DNA from: Planctomycetota bacterium
GTDB lineage: Bacteria; Planctomycetota; B15-G4; JADJEK01
Reading direction: 5' to 3'
NCBI GenBank assembly: GCA_044225365.1
Contig: JBGAIQ010000024.1
Span: forward strand, 23,023 to 87,022
DNA length: 64,000 nt
Below are positions 38,942-48,625 of this stretch, piece after piece (position 1 is the stretch's first letter; the number at the start of each line of letters is the position of its first letter). Below the pieces are notes generated by a model, which made no database searches, had not been told where the DNA came from, and worked only from the letters and a program-made list of their open reading frames with translations. Both the position numbers and the translations under genes were made by a program.

Positions 38942-39958
38942 ATGAAACGAATCACCGCGGTCGTCGCGACGATCCTCACCATGTTCCTGGCGAGTGCATC
39001 ATCGCTCCACGCCCAGGATCCGCGCGCGAAGTGGGATCAGCTCTCGAAGGAACAGCGCGAGATCGTTCGTCAGCGGTTCGAGATGTGGAAGAACCTGCCC
39101 AAGGAGCGGCGCGATGAGATCGCTCGCCGCCAGGCGGAATTCGAGAATGCGCGAGCGGAGGTCTTCGATCCGCACCTTTCCCCACCGCCGCGCGGGCCCG
39201 AAGCCGATCGCCGTGTCCACGACCTCTTGAAGAAGAAGAGGAACGAGATCCTCGGCCGCTCAGGACTCTCGAAGGAGCAGATCGAGAATCTCTCGACGGC
39301 CGACCTGCCGAGCTTTGCGAGAGCGCGTGCACTCGATCGCCTCGGCGATCTCGAAAAGCGCGGCATCGTCGACGCTTCGGAGGCCGCTCGTCTGCGCGAG
39401 CTACCCCCGCCAGGCCTTGCGAAGGAACTGCGTCGGTTGCAGAAATCCGCCTTCCTGAAGTCTCCCCCTCCCGCATACCTCGCGATTCCCGAAGCCGATC
39501 GCAAGACGCTCGAGGCGCTGCCACCGGAGGAGTTCCTGAAGGAGGTGAAGCGCTACCTTCCCCGGCCCCAGAAGGGGGTTCCGCCGCCGTTCCCGTTCGG
39601 ACCTCCGGGTCGTGAGGGACCGCCTCCCGGCCCAGGCTCGCCGCCGGGTGAGGGCGGCCCGCCGCCGGATGGGCCGCGGTTCCCGCGGTTTGCTGCGAAC
39701 TCTCGCTTCCGAGTCGTGAAGGACTGGATCGACTCTCACGTGACCGAGGAGGAACGAAAGGAGATCCAGAGCGCCGATCCGATCGAGCGCCGTCAGATCG
39801 CGCGCAAGATCCTGAAGGCCCATGCGCGGGCAGCCCTGCGCGAACGGGGGCTCGACGAGCGACTCGTGAACGAGACCGACGTTCTGCCGCGGGAAGACCG
39901 CGAGATCCGCCTCATCCAGTTGATCGATCGGAATTTCGTCGCGCCGCCGGTGAGATAG
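38942..39958 (+). CDS. Secreted helical DUF3106-like protein with Pro/Gly-rich tract
   Basis: Signal peptide (MKRITAVVAT..LHA); WDQLSKEQR..RFEMWKNLPKERR repeats; GPPP tract. Confidence 0.7.
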   Translation: MKRITAVVATILTMFLASASSLHAQDPRAKWDQLSKEQREIVRQRFEMWKNLPKERRDEIARRQAEFENARAEVFDPHLSPPPRGPEADRRVHDLLKKKRNEILGRSGLSKEQIENLSTADLPSFARARALDRLGDLEKRGIVDASEAARLRELPPPGLAKELRRLQKSAFLKSPPPAYLAIPEADRKTLEALPPEEFLKEVKRYLPRPQKGVPPPFPFGPPGREGPPPGPGSPPGEGGPPPDGPRFPRFAANSRFRVVKDWIDSHVTEEERKEIQSADPIERRQIARKILKAHARAALRERGLDERLVNETDVLPREDREIRLIQLIDRNFVAPPVR

Positions 39959-40010
39959 CTCTTCCTCGACGTCGTCCCCGCGGTGCGTTCCTACACTGTC
40001 GCGCCACACG

Positions 40011-41660
40011 ATGTGGCCCACGGCGATCAAGCTACTGCTCCTTCTCGTCATCGCGGCGGCGGCTTGGCTATTGCCGCGATGGCTCGCGAAGGCGGAGCGT
40101 TCGCTGCAGCGAGTGCTCTCTCGAATCTCGCGCCACGGCGCCCTCTCCTTGCTCCTCCTCGCGATCTCGGCCCTGATCGTTCCGGCTGCAGTGACGCACT
40201 TCACCGGCGCGCCGGTGCCGACCGTTCACGACGAATTCAGCTACCTCCTCGCGGCGGATACCTTCGCCTCGGGTCGACTCTCGAATCCGTCGCCGCCCCT
40301 TCCCGAGCATTTCGAGTCGTTCCATGTGCTCGTCGAACCGACCTACGCCTCGAAGTACCCGCCCGCCCAAGGGCTCCTCCTTGCGCTCGGCGAAGTCGCG
40401 TTCGGTGACGTTCTGTGGGGCGTGCGTCTCTCCGCCGCGTTCGCTGCGATCGCGGTGTGGTGGATGCTGCGAAATTTCCTACCGCCTCGCTTCGCGTTCT
40501 TCGGCGCACTCGTGTTCCTGTTCAAGATCGGGTTTGCGAGCTACTGGACGCATTCGTTCTGGGGCGGCAACGTCGCCGCGTGCGGTGGAGCGCTCGTGCT
40601 GGGAAGCGCCCGGGCGTTGCGAGAGCGGTGGACCGTTTGGCACGGCATGCTCTACGCGCTCGGCCTTCTCATCCTCGCGATGTCGCGGCCGTACGAAGGC
40701 CTCGTCTGCGCCGCCCTATCGCTCGTCGTCTACTTCCAGAGGGGAGGGCATCGCTTTGCGAGCCGCCCGACGGTCGCGGGGATCGTCGCGCCGGGAGTCG
40801 TGATCGCGCTCGGGGCCGCGTTCCTCCTTCGCTACGACGTCGCGGTCACCGGTTCACCCTTCGAGCTTCCGCATGCGCACTACGCGAAAACGCGCGAAGC
40901 CGTCCCGGCGTTCTTCCTGCAGTCGAGGAGTGAACGGCCGGTCTCGACCCGCAGCGAAGTCCAGCGGCATCTGGAGCGCGATATCGAACGCTACGACGCG
41001 CTCCGCACCCTTCCGGGCTTCACCGAGGAAGCGGCGATCCGGGTCGACGGAATCCGCAAGTTCTTCTTCGGGTTCGAATGGGCGCCCGCGCTCCTCGTCT
41101 TGCCGCTCCTCCTGCGGTCGCGATCGCGCCGTCCGGTGATCGTCCTTCTCGTCCTCGCAATCCTCGCATCGCTCCTCACGACGTGGTGGTCCGCTCACTA
41201 CTTCGCTCCGTTCACCGCCATCGCGATCCTCTGCCTCGTCCTTGGAATCCGCCGCCTGCGGGTCTTGCGGAGTCGAAAGGGACCATTCGGCCGCGCACTC
41301 GTCTTCGGCTGCTGCCTCGTCGCCCTTCCGGCGTGTTGGCTCGAGACGAGGACGCTCGCGGAACCCGACAATTCGCAGGGGGCGCAGTGGGCGCGGGATC
41401 GCGCGCGGATCGAGCGGGATCTACTCGCGTCCCCCGGCAAGGATCTCGTTCTCGTCGACTACCCAGAGGGCCACGACGAGGACCACGAATGGGTCTACGA
41501 CGGGGCCGACCTCGACTCTTCGGAGATCGTCTGGGCGCGATCGCTCGGGGATCCTTCGGATCGCCTCCTCCGCGACCGCTTCGAGGGTCGCTCCGTCTGG
41601 CGCCTCGTTGGCGATACGAAGGACGCGCCCGCCATGCTCTCCCGTCTTCCTTCTCGTTGA
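40011..41660 (+). CDS. Multi-pass membrane protein, GT-C-fold glycosyltransferase-like
   Basis: HDEFSYLLAADTFASGRL (DE motif after first TMs), SKYPP, SRPYEG, many TM helices. Confidence 0.6.
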   Translation: MWPTAIKLLLLLVIAAAAWLLPRWLAKAERSLQRVLSRISRHGALSLLLLAISALIVPAAVTHFTGAPVPTVHDEFSYLLAADTFASGRLSNPSPPLPEHFESFHVLVEPTYASKYPPAQGLLLALGEVAFGDVLWGVRLSAAFAAIAVWWMLRNFLPPRFAFFGALVFLFKIGFASYWTHSFWGGNVAACGGALVLGSARALRERWTVWHGMLYALGLLILAMSRPYEGLVCAALSLVVYFQRGGHRFASRPTVAGIVAPGVVIALGAAFLLRYDVAVTGSPFELPHAHYAKTREAVPAFFLQSRSERPVSTRSEVQRHLERDIERYDALRTLPGFTEEAAIRVDGIRKFFFGFEWAPALLVLPLLLRSRSRRPVIVLLVLAILASLLTTWWSAHYFAPFTAIAILCLVLGIRRLRVLRSRKGPFGRALVFGCCLVALPACWLETRTLAEPDNSQGAQWARDRARIERDLLASPGKDLVLVDYPEGHDEDHEWVYDGADLDSSEIVWARSLGDPSDRLLRDRFEGRSVWRLVGDTKDAPAMLSRLPSR

Positions 41661-41722
41661 GCCAGGATTCGGCGAGAGCTTCGCTAGACTCCTCGCTTCG
41701 AACAACCCGAGGAGAATCGTGC

Positions 41723-42040
41723 GTGGGCCTCTTTCCGTACTTCGGCATCTGTGTGATCTTCAGCGCGCTCGTCGCGGCGATGGCCGGGACGGGCAACAAG
41801 CTCGACAAGATCCTCCCCGCTTCCCTCATCGCGATCGAGATCCTGCTCCTGCTCGTCGCGAAGGGCGCCCTCGATGTTCCCTCGATGTCGGATAGCGATG
41901 CTCGGCGCTATGGTTGTTCGATCGTCACGATCGCAGCGTTCTCCGAGTTCATTCGGCGGGAGGACAAGGCGTTTCCCTTGCTCGCATTCTTCGCTGCATT
42001 GACGCAGCTCCTCGTCGTGCTGAACATCATCCAGGCCTGA
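41723..42040 (+). CDS. Small membrane protein (105 aa)
   Basis: SD GAGGAG at 41709, GTG 41723; three to four hydrophobic segments. Confidence 0.6.
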   Translation: MGLFPYFGICVIFSALVAAMAGTGNKLDKILPASLIAIEILLLLVAKGALDVPSMSDSDARRYGCSIVTIAAFSEFIRREDKAFPLLAFFAALTQLLVVLNIIQA

Positions 42041-42061
42041 ATTGAACCGAAGGAACCGCGC

Positions 42062-42973
42062 TTGAATCGCGAGATCGATCTCTACGGCGTACCGATGGAC
42101 CTCGGCGCCGATCGTCGCGGCGTCGACATGGGCCCGAGCGCTATGCGCATCGCGGGCGTCGTTCCCCGCGTGAAGGAACTGGGTCATCAGATCGTCGACC
42201 GTGGCAACATCTACGTCGCGTCGATGGAGCTCGCCGAGCTCGGGGACCGCAAGGCGAAGTACGAGGCCGAGATCGTCGACTGCTGCTCGCGTCTCGCCGA
42301 ACGCGTCTCCGAGACGGTGCGCGAAGGCCGCTTCCCGCTGGTCATCGGCGGAGATCACTCGATCGCGGTCGGCACGGTGTCCGGCATCTCGAAGGTCCAT
42401 CGCGATCAGGGACAGAAGATCGGACTCATCTGGTTCGATGCTCACGCCGACATGAACACGCCGCGAACGAGCCCGTCGGGCAACGTCCACGGCATGCCGC
42501 TCGCCGCACTACTCGGGCATGGCTCGGCGACACAGACGAAGCTTGCGGGCTTCGCACCCAAGGTGTCGCCGGAGAACACGGTCCTCATCGGCATTCGCAG
42601 CCTCGACACGACCGAGCGCGACATCGTTCGCAAATCCGGCGTGCGTGTGTTCACGATGAAAGAGATCGATCGGATGGGCATGGGCGCCGTGATCGATCAG
42701 GCGATCGCGACCGTCACATCGGGCACGGCCGGTTTTCACCTCTCGTTCGATCTCGATGGGATGGACCCGAACGTCGCTCCCGGCACTGGCACGCCGGAGC
42801 AGGGCGGCGTCACGTATCGCGAAGCACATCTCATGATGGAGCTCATCGCCGACAGCGAGAAGCTCATCGGCCTCGAGATGGTGGAGGTCAACGCCATCCT
42901 CGATCATCGCAATCAGACGGCCGACCTCGCCGTCGGGCTCGTCGCGAGCGCGTTGGGAAGACGGATCCTATGA
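42062..42973 (+). CDS. rocF: Arginase
   Basis: GVDMGPSA, GGDHSIA, DAHADMN, SPSGNVHGMP, SFDLDGMDP..APGTGTP..GG, VEVN. Confidence 0.95.
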   Translation: MNREIDLYGVPMDLGADRRGVDMGPSAMRIAGVVPRVKELGHQIVDRGNIYVASMELAELGDRKAKYEAEIVDCCSRLAERVSETVREGRFPLVIGGDHSIAVGTVSGISKVHRDQGQKIGLIWFDAHADMNTPRTSPSGNVHGMPLAALLGHGSATQTKLAGFAPKVSPENTVLIGIRSLDTTERDIVRKSGVRVFTMKEIDRMGMGAVIDQAIATVTSGTAGFHLSFDLDGMDPNVAPGTGTPEQGGVTYREAHLMMELIADSEKLIGLEMVEVNAILDHRNQTADLAVGLVASALGRRIL

Positions 42974-44202
42974 GCCAGAGCGCAACGACGTCGAGCAACC
43001 CTTCGGACGCGGTCTCTCCGGGTCCGAAGAAGGGCGCACTCGTCATCGTCTTCCTCACCGTGATGATCGACCTCATGGGCTTCGGGCTCATGATGCCGTT
43101 GATGTCGCTGATCGCGCGTGACTACGGCGCGAGCGACGCGACCGCCGGGATGCTCCTCGCCACGTATTCGTTGATGCAGCTCATCTGCGCGCCGCTGCTC
43201 GGACGCTTGTCGGATCGCATCGGTCGACGACCCGTGATCCTCCTCGGCCTCCTCGGCTCGTGCGTGTCGTGGACGATCTTCGCCACCGCGGGCAGCCTCG
43301 TGATGCTGTTCGTCGCGCGTGCGCTCGCGGGAGCGTTCGGCGCCACGGTGCAGACGGCGCAGGCCTACGTGGCCGACGTCACGACGCCCGAGACGCGCGC
43401 CCGCGGCATGGGCATGATCGGCGCGGCGTTCGGCATCGGTTACGTCATCGGCCCGGTGATCGGCGCGTTGCTCATCAAGTCGCACGGTTCGGCGCCCGCG
43501 TACTTCGCGGCGGGGCTCTCGTTCACGGCATTCCTCTTCGGCCTCACGCGGCTACCGGAATCGCGCCGACCCGATGCGGCGCCTCGAAAAGAGCAGAGCG
43601 GCATCCTGCGCCTTGCGCTCTCCGACCCGCGTCGCGCCCTCCTCCTGCCGCTCTACTTCTTGATGATCTACTGCTTCGCGAATTTCGAATCGCGCTTCAC
43701 GCCGTTCGGCGTCGACGTGCAAGGCTTCGATCGCTCGCAGATGCTCTGGATCGTGTCGCTCGTCGGCTTCTTCGTCGCGATGATCCAGGGTGGATCGATC
43801 AAGAAGATGGTGAAGCGCCTCGGCGAGCGGCCGCTCTTCATCCTCGGCGCGATCCTCTTCGCCGCGGGCTACTTCCTGCTCGCGATCGGTCGCTCGCACG
43901 CGCTCTTCTTCGTCGCTTCGGCGCTGATCGGACTGGGCCAGGGCTTCTCGAGTCCGACGATCATGGCGATGATCTCGAAGAGCACTCCCGCCGAGAATCA
44001 AGGCGCGGTGTTCGGCGTCCAGGCGGCGCTCTCGAGCCTCGGTCGCGTGCTCGGCCACCCGCTTTCCGGCCGCATCTACATGGTCTCCCCGTCGCTGCCG
44101 TTCTACATCTCGGCCGCGATCCTCGTGCTCGTTGCGGCGATCGTTGCGACGTCGAGTGCGCTGCGCGGCCTGTTCGGGAAGCCCGCGGAGTCTCCCGCGT
44201 GA
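42970..44202 (+). CDS. MFS transporter (TetA/DHA1-like)
   Basis: GRLSDRIGRRPV motif A, AYVADVT..RARGMG, GPVIG motif C. Confidence 0.92.
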   Translation: MSQSATTSSNPSDAVSPGPKKGALVIVFLTVMIDLMGFGLMMPLMSLIARDYGASDATAGMLLATYSLMQLICAPLLGRLSDRIGRRPVILLGLLGSCVSWTIFATAGSLVMLFVARALAGAFGATVQTAQAYVADVTTPETRARGMGMIGAAFGIGYVIGPVIGALLIKSHGSAPAYFAAGLSFTAFLFGLTRLPESRRPDAAPRKEQSGILRLALSDPRRALLLPLYFLMIYCFANFESRFTPFGVDVQGFDRSQMLWIVSLVGFFVAMIQGGSIKKMVKRLGERPLFILGAILFAAGYFLLAIGRSHALFFVASALIGLGQGFSSPTIMAMISKSTPAENQGAVFGVQAALSSLGRVLGHPLSGRIYMVSPSLPFYISAAILVLVAAIVATSSALRGLFGKPAESPA

Positions 44203-44969
44203 CGATCGAAGTCGAGGGTCTCTCGCATCGCTACGGCGACTTCCAAGCGCTCGACGACGTCACGTTCCAGGTCGCCTCCGGCGAAGTACTCGGCTACCTC
44301 GGCCCGAACGGCGCGGGCAAGTCGACGACCGTGCAGACATTGCTCGGTCTCCTCGATCCGATGAAGGGATCGGTGCGGGTCGCGGGGATCGACGTTCGCA
44401 TGGACCCGGTCGAGGTGCGCCGCCGCGTCGGATATCTCCCCGAGATCGCATCGCTCTATGAAGGCCTTACACCGCTCGAACACGCGCTCTTCGTCGGGCG
44501 GCTGCGCAGTATTCCAGACGAGACGATCGAACGTCGGATGCGGGCGATCTTCCGCGCGTTCGAACTCGAGGACCGGCTCGAGGGAGCCATTCGCGGCTTC
44601 TCGAAGGGCATGCGCCAGAAGACCTCGATCGCGCTCGCCCTGCTCCATGATCCCAAGGTGCTCCTGTTCGACGAGCCGCTCTCGGGTCTCGACGCGGCTT
44701 CGGCGCAACTCCTGAAGGAGCTCATTCGCGGGCTCGCGAAACGAGGCGCCGCGGTGCTCTATTCGTCGCACGTGCTCGACGTCGTGGAGCGCGTCTGCGA
44801 CCGCGCGGTCATCCTCGATCATGGCAAGATCGTGGCGCAGGGAACGATCGCGGAACTGCGGGCGAAGAGCCGTGAGACGACGCTCGAAGCCGTCTTCCAG
44901 TCCGTCGTCGACCCGGAAGGGGATCCCGCTGCGCGCGCAAGCAGAATCATCGCGGAGATCGCGCAGTGA
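44199..44969 (+). CDS. ABC transporter ATP-binding protein
   Basis: GPNGAGKST, FSKGMRQK, LLFDEP, SSH; GTGA overlap with MFS stop. Confidence 0.93.
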   Translation: MTIEVEGLSHRYGDFQALDDVTFQVASGEVLGYLGPNGAGKSTTVQTLLGLLDPMKGSVRVAGIDVRMDPVEVRRRVGYLPEIASLYEGLTPLEHALFVGRLRSIPDETIERRMRAIFRAFELEDRLEGAIRGFSKGMRQKTSIALALLHDPKVLLFDEPLSGLDAASAQLLKELIRGLAKRGAAVLYSSHVLDVVERVCDRAVILDHGKIVAQGTIAELRAKSRETTLEAVFQSVVDPEGDPAARASRIIAEIAQ

Positions 44970-46468
44970 CGGTCTTCCCCGTCCTGTTGAAGCGCCTGTT
45001 CGAGCGGCGATTCCTGCGCGATGGCGGCAGCGACGCCTCGCTCCTGCCCGGTGCCCTGACGACGCTCGCGATTTCGTCGCTCGTCGCATCGCTCGTCGTC
45101 GGAGAACTCGCCGACGCGTCCGTCGCTCGAATCGTCGTGATCGCTGTCACGTCGTGGTCGCTCCTGCGCACCGTGCTCGAGAATCGCGAACTCGAGGACG
45201 AGGATCTCGACGATCGTGTGCTCACGCCCCTGCCCATCCGCGCGATTCACCTGCTGGCCGCCCGCGCGGTCGTCGTCGCGGTCGGCGTCACGATCGACGC
45301 GTTGAACGTCGCCCTGCCCGCAGCGGTCTGGATGGGAGCGCGCAGCGGACTCTCGAAGGGGCTTCTCCTCCTTCTCATCTCGCTGTTCGCCGCACTGTTC
45401 GGGTTTGCGCTCGCGTCGGCACTGCGGAGAATCGTCGTACGCCTCGTACCCCCGCGCACGCTCGCGCAGTGGGAAGGGCCGGCGCAGCTCGGAGCAGCGT
45501 TGCTCGTCCTCGTGGCGGTGATCCGCGCGCCGCATCTCGATCTCTCGGCTCTCGATCGGGCGCCCTTCCGGTATCTGCCCCCGCTGTCGTTCTCGGCCGC
45601 GACCTTCGACGGTGCTTCGGGCATCGACATCGTGGCCGCGGTTCTTTCGATCGTGCTCTCGCTCCTCCTACTTGCGTTCGCGGTCACGGGCCGGGCGCGT
45701 CGTTTCGGAGCGCGAACGGCGACATCGCGCGCGGCATCCGGCCGGACGACGGAAGGGGGTCCTCTCGTTTTGGGTTTCGCCCGAACGCTCGACGGTCCGA
45801 TCGAACGCGCGGGCTTCCACTTCGCCCTCGCCCAGATGAAGAGCGATCGCGTCTTCCGCCAACGCTCGTACCCGCTCTTCGCCTTTCCGTTCGCTGCGAT
45901 CGTGCTCGCCGGTAGCGATGCCGCGGATCCGACCCTCGTCCCGATGGCCTTCTTCGGCGCAACCGTCTACCTCGTGCTGGCAGAGGTGTTCTTCTCCTTC
46001 TCCGAGTCGGTTCTCGGCCCTGCATTGCTGAGGACTCTGCCGATCGGAGACGTCGCGTCGTTGCGGGTTGGAGCCGAGAAGGCCTATATCGCGGCTCTCG
46101 TGACGCCCGTTCACATTGCCTTGGGTTTCGGCGCGCTCGCGCTCGATGTAGTGCGCAAGGACGGAGCGAGCTTCGTCCAGCACTTCTTGCTTGCGGTCAT
46201 CGCATGGTTGACGTCGGTCGTGATCGTGCTCCTGACCTTTGAGAAGCAGCCCTTCCTTCCGTTCTCCGTCACGGATCGCGCGTTGTATCCCTCGGACGTG
46301 GCGGGCGGAGCGTACGCCGCTCTCCTCATCGCGACGATCGGGGCGCTCGTCACCGTCGCGGCTCTTCCGCATCCACTCGTCGTCCTGGTGCAGGTCGTCG
46401 TTCTCGTGCTTATGATCCGACAGGCCCTGCGATGGAAGAAAACGCGCCAGCACCCAGCCCAGACTTGA
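44966..46468 (+). CDS. Putative ABC transporter permease
   Basis: Many TM helices; translationally coupled to the ABC ATPase. Confidence 0.72.
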   Translation: MTVFPVLLKRLFERRFLRDGGSDASLLPGALTTLAISSLVASLVVGELADASVARIVVIAVTSWSLLRTVLENRELEDEDLDDRVLTPLPIRAIHLLAARAVVVAVGVTIDALNVALPAAVWMGARSGLSKGLLLLLISLFAALFGFALASALRRIVVRLVPPRTLAQWEGPAQLGAALLVLVAVIRAPHLDLSALDRAPFRYLPPLSFSAATFDGASGIDIVAAVLSIVLSLLLLAFAVTGRARRFGARTATSRAASGRTTEGGPLVLGFARTLDGPIERAGFHFALAQMKSDRVFRQRSYPLFAFPFAAIVLAGSDAADPTLVPMAFFGATVYLVLAEVFFSFSESVLGPALLRTLPIGDVASLRVGAEKAYIAALVTPVHIALGFGALALDVVRKDGASFVQHFLLAVIAWLTSVVIVLLTFEKQPFLPFSVTDRALYPSDVAGGAYAALLIATIGALVTVAALPHPLVVLVQVVVLVLMIRQALRWKKTRQHPAQT

Positions 46469-46602
46469 GCGAATCGAGTCTCAGCAAGCAGCGACGCACG
46501 ACGTGGCGTCGCGAGACTCGCGGCCTCGTCCTGCTCTACGGCGTCTTCGTGCTCCTCAATCTCGTCATCGCGACCTACTGCGCGGGCGGCGGACCGAAGT
46601 GA
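46465..46602 (+). CDS. 45-aa single-TM microprotein
   Basis: TTG overlaps permease stop (TTGA); MSESSLSKQRRTTWRRETRGLVLLYGVFVLLNLVIATYCAGGGPK; below the ORF-track cutoff. Confidence 0.6.
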   Translation: MSESSLSKQRRTTWRRETRGLVLLYGVFVLLNLVIATYCAGGGPK

Positions 46603-46615
46603 CAGGGGAAGCGAC

Positions 46616-48505
46616 ATGAAAGGTCTCTTCCCGACCATGCTCGCGGTCCTCTTCGGATTGGCCTTCGAGGAGTTCTACGCCGAAACCGCGATGCCCCAAG
46701 AAGGATGGCTGCGCATCCTGTCGGCGATTCCGATCACGCTCGTCCCGCTCCTGTTCGTCGAAGCACTGCTCCTCCATGCGAGGCAGTCGTTGCGCGCCGG
46801 GAAAGCGTTCGACGTCCAGAAGTACAGCAAGTACGTCGCCGCTGCACCGCTCCCGCTCTACCTTCTCATCGTGTTCCTGTGCCGCTGGCCCACGATCCTC
46901 GTCCCGCTCGGGCTCGAAGGCGTCGTGTTGTTCGATCACTTGATCGTTCTCTTGCCGTTCTTCACGATCCATCTGATCTGCGTCATCGAGTCGACGCGCC
47001 TGCGGCGTCCGATCTACGTGCAAGACGGTGTGGTTCGGACCGTGCGATTGCGCGAGATCCTCCCGACCGTGCGCGATCATCTGCGCCACCTTGGTCTCGT
47101 GCTCGCGCCGTTGCTCGCGCTCGTGCTCATCCTCGATCTCGTGAACGACACCGAGCTGCGCGTCTACTTCCGCAAGATCCCCCTCGTTGCGCTCGCGTTC
47201 CTGTTCGTCCTCTTCGGACTGCTCACGCTCATCTTCCCCGAGCTGTTCCGAGTCAGCATGAACCTGAAGCAACTCGTCGCCGGCGCTCCTTTGAAACTGA
47301 GGCTCGAGGAACTCTCACAGCGGCTCGGGTTCAAATGCAAGGAAGTGCTGTACTGGCCGACCTCGCGGCCCGTGTTCAACGCGCTCATCGTCGGAGTCGT
47401 GCCGCGCTTTCGCTACGTCATCCTCACCGAAGAGCTTTGCAAGCGACTCACGCTCGACGAGATCTGCGCGGTGTTCGCGCACGAAGTCGGGCACGGCAAG
47501 CGCCAGCACGCGCTGTTCTACGTCCTGCTCTCCGCGACGTTCCTCGCGCTCCTGCTGCCCGTGGGCGACTTCGTGGGACAGGAGATCTCGTACCTCACGG
47601 CGGGGCGGCTCGATCCCACGCTCTCGACGACGCTCTTCGCCTACGTTCCAGCGTTCGTCGTGTATTGGAAGCTGCTGCTCGACGCGCTCTCGAAGCGATT
47701 CGAACTCGAATCGGACGTGTACGGCGTGGAGAGCATCCGCGATCCCGTGCTCTTCATCTCGACGCTCGAGAAGGTCGCGCGCCTTGCGCGACTCGAGCGC
47801 GGGAAGGCCCCGATGCGGCACTTCTCGATCGAAGGCCGGGTCGATTTCCTGCGCCGCGCGTTCGTCGATCGGGAAGCGGCTCCCCTCGAGAAATTCCGAT
47901 CGCAGATCCGGCGCATTCGCAAGTCGATCGCGATCTCCGCGGCGGTGGTGATCTGCGTTGCAGGTCTTCTCATCGGCTACCAATCGCTGCATGGCTACGC
48001 GTCGATCCTGCTCGATCGCGGCGAAGTCGATCGCGCCGCGAACCTGCTCGCGAAGATGATCGACCTGCGGGCGAACGATGTCGTTGCGCTCTCACTACTC
48101 TCGGAGGCCGAGCTCTATCGCGGCGTCGACGCGGACGCGGCACCTTCCGACTGGGCGAAGGTCCTCGCGAAGAAGACGGAGATGCGACCTTCGGAGCAGG
48201 GCGAACTCATCGAGGAACTTCGAGCCGCGTGGGCTCGCGCCGTTCTGCGCAATCGCCCCGAGATCGGCGGGGAGATGCTCGACCGAATGGCGAGCGTGAA
48301 CGCGCGCGACCGCGATGAGGCGCTGCACTTCGATCCTTATCTCGAGGAGCAGATCGCGGAACTGCGGCGCGCGACGAGCGCTCTTTCCCGCCAGGACGGG
48401 TTGGAACTCGAGCGAATCGTCCACGAAAACCCGAGGTGGCTGCGGCGTCCGGACATGCGGCATGTCGAAAGACATCTCCTTCGCGTCCTCGAGGACCGTA
48501 AATAG
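46616..48505 (+). CDS. M48 family membrane metalloprotease with helical C-terminus
   Basis: FNALIVG, AVFAHEVGH, RFELESDVYG, HFSIEGRV. Confidence 0.87.
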   Translation: MKGLFPTMLAVLFGLAFEEFYAETAMPQEGWLRILSAIPITLVPLLFVEALLLHARQSLRAGKAFDVQKYSKYVAAAPLPLYLLIVFLCRWPTILVPLGLEGVVLFDHLIVLLPFFTIHLICVIESTRLRRPIYVQDGVVRTVRLREILPTVRDHLRHLGLVLAPLLALVLILDLVNDTELRVYFRKIPLVALAFLFVLFGLLTLIFPELFRVSMNLKQLVAGAPLKLRLEELSQRLGFKCKEVLYWPTSRPVFNALIVGVVPRFRYVILTEELCKRLTLDEICAVFAHEVGHGKRQHALFYVLLSATFLALLLPVGDFVGQEISYLTAGRLDPTLSTTLFAYVPAFVVYWKLLLDALSKRFELESDVYGVESIRDPVLFISTLEKVARLARLERGKAPMRHFSIEGRVDFLRRAFVDREAAPLEKFRSQIRRIRKSIAISAAVVICVAGLLIGYQSLHGYASILLDRGEVDRAANLLAKMIDLRANDVVALSLLSEAELYRGVDADAAPSDWAKVLAKKTEMRPSEQGELIEELRAAWARAVLRNRPEIGGEMLDRMASVNARDRDEALHFDPYLEEQIAELRRATSALSRQDGLELERIVHENPRWLRRPDMRHVERHLLRVLEDRK

Positions 48506-48625
48506 TTGATTTTCCGCTGATTAGAACCTTCGGATCTCCTCGCAAGGCGAGAGATTTCGGTGGTCATTCGGTCTCCGATTTTGGAGAATTGCACCGTCCC
48601 TGTTTCGACCTCGGGAGACGCGTGC

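Noticed and set aside
43260-44198. Apparent long N-terminus on the ABC ATPase
   Set aside because: Off-frame overlap with the MFS gene; true start GTG 44199
42970-44202. Tetracycline-resistance gene call
   Set aside because: DHA1-family motifs alone do not establish substrate; no tetR or mobile context
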